DNA of 64,000 bases from Vicinamibacteria bacterium. GTDB taxonomy: Bacteria; Acidobacteriota; Vicinamibacteria; Marinacidobacterales; Marinacidobacteraceae. The stretch covers positions 3,456,001 to 3,520,000 of the forward strand of contig CAXXLQ010000004.1 in assembly GCA_963668695.2 (NCBI GenBank), in the 5' to 3' direction. This document shows, one piece after another, positions 42,137-49,124 of this stretch. The translations under genes and the position numbers were made by a program. The notes below the pieces were generated by a model that had not been told where the DNA came from, made no database searches, and saw only the letters and a list, made by a program, of their open reading frames with translations. How positions within the stretch are numbered: the stretch's first letter is position 1; every line of letters starts with the position of its first letter.

Positions 42137-43044
42137 GGGTTCTTCGGGATGCAGGTTTGCGTTGGCCCGTCCCATCTCATCGGAGGGCCTACGTTGATTT
42201 CCGGGTTCTCACAGGCGTTCCTTTTCGACAGGCAATTCGGCTCATGCCACACCTTGCCTTCCGCCGCGCATCGCGCTATGCGTTCGGCTTCTGATTCAAC
42301 GTTGCCTTGGTTACATGGCGGCTTCGAGCACGTCACGTAATATCGTCCAGTATCTGACGTGTTCCAACTCTCGCTGCAAAGCTCGGCCGTCAATCGCCTA
42401 CCTGGCGGCGGGTAGTCGAAGCCTCCGCTGCAGGTCCAGTCAGAAACGGGCGTCGTCTCAGGCTCCGGTTCAGGCTCCGGCTCAGGCTCCGGTTCAGGCT
42501 CTGGTTCAGGCTCCGGCTCTGGTTCAGGCTCCGGCTCTGGTTCCGGTTCGGGCTCCGGTTCCGGTTCAGGCTCTGGTTCGGGCTCCGGCTCAGGGTCCGG
42601 CTCAGGCTCCGGCCCGGGCGCGGGTTCAGGCTCCGGTTCGGGGGCCGGACAGTCTCCCATGGTGCAGGTGTAGACACCGCAGGAGGGGTCTGCAACATCG
42701 CAGTCGCCTCCAATAAATCCGTACTCCCAGACCTGATGCCGGCAAGCCCCCCCATTTGTTGACCACTGTTGCCCTACCTTACTGCTCCTGCCTTGGGGCC
42801 GCCGGCGTCACACATCCAGCCGGGCAAAGATGGCGTGGGACCGTTTCGATTGGTTAACACCGGATCCGCCGCCGCCACCGCCGGTTGCGGGGCTAGTCAG
42901 AGGGTGCTCGGGCGCGGGCGTAGGCGCGGGCTCAGGTGCCGGTACCTGAACCGGCGGGGGAGCCGGCAAGGTGGGCGCCCCGCTCTCGTTGCAGGACAGC
43001 GACAGCCCGAGGGCCGCCAGCAGCAGCAGGAGTATCCGCTTCAT
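42133..43044 (-). pseudogene. Cys-rich lipoprotein with a long (PE)n spacer; in-frame TGA at 42808-42810
   Basis: MKRILLLLLAALGLSLSC lipobox; ORFs 42808-43044 and 42133-42660 are in the same frame; about 30 PE-type dipeptides. Confidence 0.65.
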
Positions 43045-43056
43045 AAAGTATCCGCT

Positions 43057-43206
43057 TCATAATTCGTTCCCTTTCGCAAGCCATTCCGTCAGCGCTACCG
43101 TGACGATCTGCCCGAGGGTTAGTCCCTTCGCGACGGCCGCGATGCGGACGCGCAACCAAAGGGCTCCGGGAACGCCCCGGACGAATACGGGCTTCTCCTT
43201 CCTCAC
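43057..43206 (-). CDS. 49-aa ribbon-helix-helix protein; not in the ORF track
   Basis: MRKEKPVFVRGVPGALWLRVRIAAVAKGLTLGQIVTVALTEWL has the strand-helix-G-x-T-helix pattern. Confidence 0.7.
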   Translation of the reverse strand: MRKEKPVFVRGVPGALWLRVRIAAVAKGLTLGQIVTVALTEWLAKGNEL

Positions 43207-43383
43207 GCCAGCAACGCTAACACGAACGTGTGGTCTACGCTGACCCCGATGTGCTGGTCACCGCGGCCGATGCGCCCGAGTACCGCTAAGGCCCAGCGGA
43301 CGCACATCCCCACTCGCGTAACGAGAGCATTTCCCGTCATGGGGACATCGGTGATCCGCCCTAGCGAATCGAAGGCATCTGCC

Positions 43384-43681
43384 ACCGAATGCCGGATTCG
43401 CCCGACTCCTCTCCGTGCTCGCCCTCGGAACCGTGTTCGTCACCCGAGTCGTGTCCTTCCCCCTCGTCGCTCTCGTGCCACGGCGCCGGTTCAGGTTCGA
43501 ACTCGAGACTCGTTAGCTGTTCCGCCTCATGCTCCGCCGACGACTCCCGGTCGCCATGCTCTTCCGAAACCTCGGCGCCACTCCCACATCCGGAAAGACT
43601 CACGAGAGAGAGCGCAGCCAAGACCGCGGCACAGAACAGAACCCTGGATGGAACCCGCCACCCGGAATCACCGGTTCTCAT
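43384..43681 (-). pseudogene. N-terminal half of the His/Glu-rich FxLYD-like lipoprotein gene
   Basis: Lipobox LSGC; EHG-rich linker ending EESGESGIR. Confidence 0.7.
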
Positions 43682-43803
43682 CAGACAGGTGATGGTAGCC
43701 CCGCTTCGTCGGGCGACCGCGACGGAAGCCGCCGAGAGCACCGGTTGTAGTCTTTCCCCCACTAACGATGACGCGCATCGCACACGCGAAAGGCCGAGCG
43801 GGG

Positions 43804-44895
43804 ATGCGGCGCTGTGCCATCAGTTTCACAGCCGCCGTTCTTCTCGGCTCCGCCGGATGCTGGACCTCCGGCGAGGACCCGAAAGAGTTGACCGCGGTCT
43901 CCTGGGGCGGTTTCTACACGGAGGCCAGCGTGCATGCCTACTACCGGCCCTTCGAGGAGAACACCGGGTTCGCGGTTCGGCAGGTGCGGTACAGCGGCGG
44001 CCTCGAGGAAATCCGGGAACAGGTGGCTTCCGGCGACGTGGAGTGGGATGTCGTGGACCTGGAGATCTTTGACGCAGTGCGCGGCTGCGAGGAAGGCCTC
44101 CTGGAGCCGATCCCATGGGTCATGCTGGCGCCGGCTCCGGACGGCACCCTTGCCGAGGACGACTTCCTGGAGGACACGACAACGGAGTGCGGCATCGGCG
44201 CCTCGGTGTACTCGATGGTCTACGCCTACGACGAGAATCGCTTCCCCGACGCAGAACCCACCACGATCGCGGACTTCTTCGACTATGAGCGTTTCCCGGG
44301 GCCCCGCGGAATGCGGCGTTCTCCGCAGGTCAATCTGGAGTTTGCGCTGATGGCCGACGGCGTGCCGGCGGCGGAGGTCTACGCATCGCTCCGCACGCCA
44401 GCCGGGCGGGAGAGAGCGTTTCGCAAACTGGACAGCCTGCGGGACCACATCCGGTGGTGGGTAGAGCCGCGTGTTGCGGTCGAGATGCTCGCCGATGGCG
44501 ATGTCGCCATGACGACCTCATTCAACGGCCGGATGTTTCATGCCCGGTTCGTGGACGGACACCCGTTCCGGATCGTCTGGCACGGGCAGGTCCTCCAGAT
44601 TGGCCAGTTGGGGATCGTTCGCGGAACGCCGAGGCTCTCGCAGGCGTTCCGCTTCATCCGCCTCGCCTCTTCCACCGAGGCCATTGCGACGCTCGCCCGC
44701 CGTACGGCTTACAGTCCTTCGCGGGAATCCGCATTTCCGTTGGTCACGACCCACGTGGAGTCGGGAGTGGACCTGCGGCCTCACCTGCCAACCGCGCCGG
44801 AACACCTGGAGCACGCCCTCCGCAGCGACTGGCGCTGGTGGAGCGACAACCTCGACGAGATGGACGAGCTCTTCCGCGCCTGGCTCGACAGGTAG
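43804..44895 (+). CDS. ABC transporter substrate-binding protein (PotD/PotF-like), orphan
   Basis: LTAVSWGG, VEWDVVD, DFFDYERFPGPRG, LEFALMADGV, FNGR. Confidence 0.88.
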   Translation: MRRCAISFTAAVLLGSAGCWTSGEDPKELTAVSWGGFYTEASVHAYYRPFEENTGFAVRQVRYSGGLEEIREQVASGDVEWDVVDLEIFDAVRGCEEGLLEPIPWVMLAPAPDGTLAEDDFLEDTTTECGIGASVYSMVYAYDENRFPDAEPTTIADFFDYERFPGPRGMRRSPQVNLEFALMADGVPAAEVYASLRTPAGRERAFRKLDSLRDHIRWWVEPRVAVEMLADGDVAMTTSFNGRMFHARFVDGHPFRIVWHGQVLQIGQLGIVRGTPRLSQAFRFIRLASSTEAIATLARRTAYSPSRESAFPLVTTHVESGVDLRPHLPTAPEHLEHALRSDWRWWSDNLDEMDELFRAWLDR

Positions 44896-44904
44896 CGAGA
44901 CCCC

Positions 44905-44957
44905 GGGAACGCCGGTGTTCACACCGGCATCGCGGCCGGCAGGGCCGCGAAACGCGC
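44905..44957 (+). repeat. REP-like element (GGGAACGCCGG family), empty form without the 16-bp module
   Basis: GGGAACGCCGGTGTTCACACCGGCATCGCGGCC...GGCCGCGAAACGCGC. Confidence 0.7.
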
Positions 44958-45000
44958 GGGCCGCCACGCATCCGGATGGCGCGCAGGCGAGGGAACCTCT

Positions 45001-45262
45001 GGTCGGCACCGTGGCCCGCCGGGGCCGCGAAACGCGCTTCACCCGCGTCAGCGATGGCGCTCCCCGTGCTCGCCCTCACCAATCTCCCCATGCGTCGTCC
45101 AGGTCTCGAAGCGTTGGCCTGCGGCTGCCCAGCCGGACCGAACTCGTTTCCCGGGGGGCCAGGCTAATTCTGGACGTCGGACCGAGTTCGACCCCATTCG
45201 ACAAGTGCACCTCGACACGAACCCGCGAAACGGGCTCGGCCGCCGTGTTGACCACGGTCCCG
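45001..45262 (-). pseudogene. Second, degraded copy of the FxLYD-like 3' end (direct repeat copy 2)
   Basis: Similar to 41633-41893, with frameshifts. Confidence 0.8.
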
Positions 45263-45416
45263 GTGACGGCAGGACTCCGGAGGAGACCTCAACATAGTTG
45301 TCGCCGCCAGCCGAGGGTTTTCCAGACCTTTCCGTCCTCATTTCGTAAGCGCCGGGCACCGCGCCACACGAGCTGCCGTAACTAGAAATTGTTTGCCCCG
45401 CGGGGGAGGCGGGACT

Positions 45417-47087
45417 TCAGTGGTGTTCGCGCAGGTAGTCGAGGATCTCCTGCATCACCCGGCAGTCCACCTCGTTGTATTCCTGAATCTCCTCCATCAA
45501 CTCGGTATCCGCCAGCCGGATCCCCTTCCGCCGGGCCTCCGCATCGCAGCGCCAGGCGCCGACCATCGCCCCCTGCCCGTCCACCTTCGAGTCGCCCCAC
45601 GAGGTCTCGATGAGTCCGCGTGCATGGAGGGCCTTGGCGACCGTTTTGAGTCCCAGGTCGTGCCCGCCGCAGACGAAGACCGGCTGTGCCCTGAAGACCC
45701 TCTTGAGGAGGTCGAACAAGTTCAGATCGCGCCATCCCTCATCCGGATGACGTTTCCGGGCTGATTCATACCAGGCGCGTTCCGCGTCGGCCCAGTGGAA
45801 GATTCTCGGGTGCTCAACACGGAAACGCCGACTCAACTCGTCCATGTGGTCGAGCCAGGCTTCGACGATCCGTGCCTCGCTGGCGGCGTCGAGCCGCTCC
45901 GCGACAAAGCATCGGAACTGCCAAGCGCCGTCCTCGACGTGTCCGCAGCCGATCATAGAGATCATCGCCTGACCGCCCGCCTGCGGGAAGGCGCTGAAGT
46001 CGTCATCGAGGTCGTTGACCGTCTCGAAGTCCACGAAGAACTCGAGCGGCGGCCTCTCGCGCCAGTGTCCCTCTTCGACCGTGACCCTCTCGGGCAGCAC
46101 CGCAGGCCCCGGCGGGTCTGGGTGGATCGCCTCCCGACGCTGGCGGGCGATGGACCTGATGGCATCGCTCCACGGCGCCGACGCATTCCCCGCAGGCTCA
46201 AGTTCCGGCACCGACGGCTCGGGCAGCGGACTCCAGCCCCCTCCCTCGCGGCGAAGCCTGCGGATCCATTCGGCAGCCTCGGTCGTCGTCTTTCGGAGAT
46301 CGTCGTCCATGGGAACCTGACCGAGCCGCTCCATGGCAACGTCACTGCGGATCTCGAACTTCTGCTTCTTGCGGGTGTACGTGTGTTCGTAACCGCGCCC
46401 GATAAGGAAGGCTCCGGGAGGGGTATAGCCCTGGAGGCGACCGAGCGCCGCGTTGTAGACGAAGAGCTGTCCCCTGTAGGCGGGCGTCGAAGTGCCATGG
46501 GTGAGCACGTTCTTACGACCTTTCCCCAGGCGGAGCTTCGTGAACTTGGCATCCAGGACGAGGTAGTGCCAGGGCCGATCCAACTCCGGCGCCGGCCGTT
46601 CGGCCTCCCCCGGCTCCAGATGATCGGGGAAGAGCCGTTCGAACACGTCTGACCGGATCAGGAAATCGGGCGCTCCGTAGGTGCCGTTTGCCGGGTTCCA
46701 GAGGATCGCCTGGTGGACGATCTCGCGCCCGTCCGCCAGCGCTTCGAGCGTTTCCTTCGCCTTGTTGAGGTCCTGGCTGTCGAGCCCGGAAGCTCCGATG
46801 CGGATCAGATCGCTACCGTTGGCAAGGTAGGCGGCCACCGCGTCTTCGAACGCGACGCCCTGGTCTGTGACGAAGCGAAAAAAGTCCAGCCGCTCGTCGT
46901 AGCCCGGGCGGGTGTCGTCCCGCTGGAATCCGTTGGCCTCGCCGTAGAGTTCCAACCAATCGCCCAGGGTGTTCTTCAGCAGATACCCGCGGAGCTTGGT
47001 GGCGGAGACCCACGCGTCCCAGTCCTCGCGGGTCCGGGGCGTCACGTCGTTGCCAGCGTCGTCGTGCGTCAGGTTGCGAAAGTTCAC
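45417..47087 (-). CDS. TM0106-like RecB/PD-(D/E)xK nuclease with a C-terminal RNase H-like (YprB) domain
   Basis: GAPDFLIRSD...DAKFT...QLFVYN; FFVDFET...IFHW..AE...LGLKTVAK...EYNEVDC. Confidence 0.82.
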   Translation of the reverse strand: MNFRNLTHDDAGNDVTPRTREDWDAWVSATKLRGYLLKNTLGDWLELYGEANGFQRDDTRPGYDERLDFFRFVTDQGVAFEDAVAAYLANGSDLIRIGASGLDSQDLNKAKETLEALADGREIVHQAILWNPANGTYGAPDFLIRSDVFERLFPDHLEPGEAERPAPELDRPWHYLVLDAKFTKLRLGKGRKNVLTHGTSTPAYRGQLFVYNAALGRLQGYTPPGAFLIGRGYEHTYTRKKQKFEIRSDVAMERLGQVPMDDDLRKTTTEAAEWIRRLRREGGGWSPLPEPSVPELEPAGNASAPWSDAIRSIARQRREAIHPDPPGPAVLPERVTVEEGHWRERPPLEFFVDFETVNDLDDDFSAFPQAGGQAMISMIGCGHVEDGAWQFRCFVAERLDAASEARIVEAWLDHMDELSRRFRVEHPRIFHWADAERAWYESARKRHPDEGWRDLNLFDLLKRVFRAQPVFVCGGHDLGLKTVAKALHARGLIETSWGDSKVDGQGAMVGAWRCDAEARRKGIRLADTELMEEIQEYNEVDCRVMQEILDYLREHH

Positions 47088-47359
47088 TTCGTCACATTAC
47101 AGGAGAAGACACCGCCCGGACGGACCATCACGCTACCCGCGGTTGACCATGGTTCCAGCCCGAAACGACCATGGCTTGGGCCGAACTGACCGGAGCGTCC
47201 GGTGTGTTTTGACCATGGTTCGCCCGGTTTGACCATGGTTCTCCTCGCGGCATCGGAGAGCACCGCATTCCATTGAATGCGATTCAGATATAGATCACCT
47301 GATGATCGGTGCGATAGCGCGTACCCTCGGTCGGAGACCGAATACCGAGAGGTAACGTA

Positions 47360-47617
47360 ATGACAACCGTGCGCAAGACCATCACCCTGACCAGCCAGCA
47401 GGACCAGCGGGTCAAGGCCCAGATTGCTGCCGGCCGTTTCACCAACGACAGCGAGTACATCCGCGACCTGATCCGGCGCGACCGCGAGCGGAACACGTCC
47501 TTCCACGTTCTCCAGACCGCAATTCGGGAGGGGCTGGAAAGCGGCGTGAGCGAACGAACCATCCCGGAGATCGCCGAGGAAGCCGGAGCACGGCTTCGGC
47601 GCGATGGCCGCCGATAG
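47360..47617 (+). CDS. parD: ParD-like (CC2985 family) antitoxin
   Basis: RKTITLT...VKAQIAAGRFTNDSEYIRDLIRRD...AIREGLESG; GAGGT RBS. Confidence 0.88.
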   Translation: MTTVRKTITLTSQQDQRVKAQIAAGRFTNDSEYIRDLIRRDRERNTSFHVLQTAIREGLESGVSERTIPEIAEEAGARLRRDGRR

Positions 47618-47662
47618 GCTGGCGCCCGCTCGCGACGCGTGATCTCGGTCCGGAGATATCTG
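47604..47662 (+). pseudogene. Possible ParE toxin 5' remnant
   Basis: Overlapping ATG gives MAADRLA, then PLATRDLGPEI after one frameshift, like the ParE start YRLSxxAxxDLxxI. Confidence 0.4.
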
Positions 47663-47915
47663 CCGGGAGTTACCCGCTGGCATATCTCCCGATCCCGGGG
47701 ATCGCCCAGTCCTGTCTGTCGCCGGGCACCAGTGACGCCGACGAGATGACCATGGCCGGATGCGGATTGACCATGGCTCGATGCGGATTGACCATGGCTC
47801 GGTGCGAAATGACCATGGCTCCCAGCCACTGATCGGGTTTCTGACCGGAGTTCTCGAAAGCCGATGCCGGCTTCTCCTCGATACCGGCTCCGGAATCGAA
47901 ATCCGGGAGAAAACG

Positions 47916-47980
47916 GCCGGAATTGCCGGATTCAGGCCGGCTACCGCCGGATATTGCCGGTAGGAGCCGGATACAGCCGG
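47916..47980. repeat. GCCGG-N5 array with about 10-bp periodicity
   Basis: GCCGG at 47916, 47925, 47936, 47946, 47956, 47966 and 47976. Confidence 0.85.
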
Positions 47981-48168
47981 GAACCGCGAAAACGTCGAAA
48001 TTCGGAAGAAACAAGGCGGAATTCGGCTATTGACCATGGCTTTTTCGGCAAATCCGCGCTTTGACCATGGCTCCCGACGCGTTTGACCATGGCTCGCCCG
48101 TTTGACCATGGCTCGCCTGGTTTGACCATGGCTCCCGGAAGAACGGGATTGCGCCGAAGGCGATCGAA

Positions 48169-49122
48169 TCAGGCGCCGGCCGCGCTATACGCCTGCTCCG
48201 GGTGGCTCTTGTTCTCGGGATGCCGGAGTCGCAGTTGTCCGGACTTCAGCATCGGGCGGAGGTGGCGCTTTTGCAGATTGCTCTCGTCCATGCCGAGCCA
48301 CTCCGCCAGCTCGCCCACCGTGGTCCACTCCCGGAAGGTGCAGATGTCGAGAATGAGCTGGCGGAGCGGTTTCGAGCGGCGGCGCTTCCCGAGCGCCCGG
48401 ATGCGTTCCCGGAAGACCTCGGGGAGTTCCCCGTTCGGATCTCCCGCCGGAAGCGCCGCTGCTTCGGACGTGGACTCGACGGGCGAGATGGTGGGTCCGC
48501 GGGAGGGGGCAGGGCGCGCGCTTTCCCCGAGTCGGCTACCCGCGGGTTTCGCGGCCCGGCGGGGCCGGCGGCCGGGTCTTTTGCGACTCGGGTGCGGACG
48601 CGGGCGCGGCGTGCTTCTTCCCATCTTCCGCACCGGTGATCGAGACAAGTTCTTCCCCGAGGTCTTCCACGCTCTCGGCGATGTCTTCGGCCTGGGTCCC
48701 GATCCGGGTGGTCCGGCTCCCGAAACGGCGCAGACCCTGGCCCATGCGCCGGAGCCTCGCGCCGCCGGCGTCGCGGCGGTCCCTGCCCCATTCGCCGAGC
48801 TTGCCGCCGATCTCTCCGGCCGCGTGCCCGACTTTCACTGCGCCGCGGGAGACGCGAGCGGCCGTGTTGCCCGCCTTTTCGATACCCCGGGCGATGGGGC
48901 CGGCGTTTTGGTCAAGCCACTTCCAGGCGGCGCGGATGCCGCGGCCAATCAGGCAGAGCCACGCCCAGATGCCCTGGACGATGCCCTGGATCCACGGCTG
49001 GCGGAAGAAGCGGCGGATCGCGCCGAGCCCGGGCGGGTCGGGCGGCCGACGCTCGACGACGTTTTCCCGGCGTCCGGCGGTTCGGCGCCCGAAGCCGGCG
49101 CGATCTGGGTCTCGCGATCCAT
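48169..49122 (-). CDS. Putative membrane-associated protein with a C-terminal winged-HTH; two apparent frameshifts
   Basis: Stitched frames give a Trp-rich amphipathic segment (RRFFRQPWIQGIVQGIWAWLCLIGRGIRAAWKWL), a helical region, a Pro/Ala linker, then LRQLILDIC...TVGELAEWLG...HLRPML..GQL...HPENKSHPEQAY. Confidence 0.6.
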
Positions 49123-49124
49123 GT

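Larger units (their letters stand above)
47123..48134 (+). repeat. Array of phased (TT)GACCATGG(C/T)T direct repeats in three clusters
   Basis: Exact GACCATGG at 47145, 47167, 47211, 47231, 47748, 47769, 47790, 47811, 48032, 48063, 48085, 48104 and 48124. Confidence 0.92.

Noticed and set aside
42808-42810. Second selenocysteine codon
   Set aside because: There is no redox motif or convincing SECIS hairpin, and a neighbouring frame looks more protein-like.
47084-48109. 341-aa ORF with EPWS repeats as a real gene
   Set aside because: It is antisense to parD, the repeats fall in different frames, and no domain is recognisable.
47123-48134. CRISPR array
   Set aside because: The repeats are only 8-12 bp with spacers of about 10 bp, and there are no cas genes.
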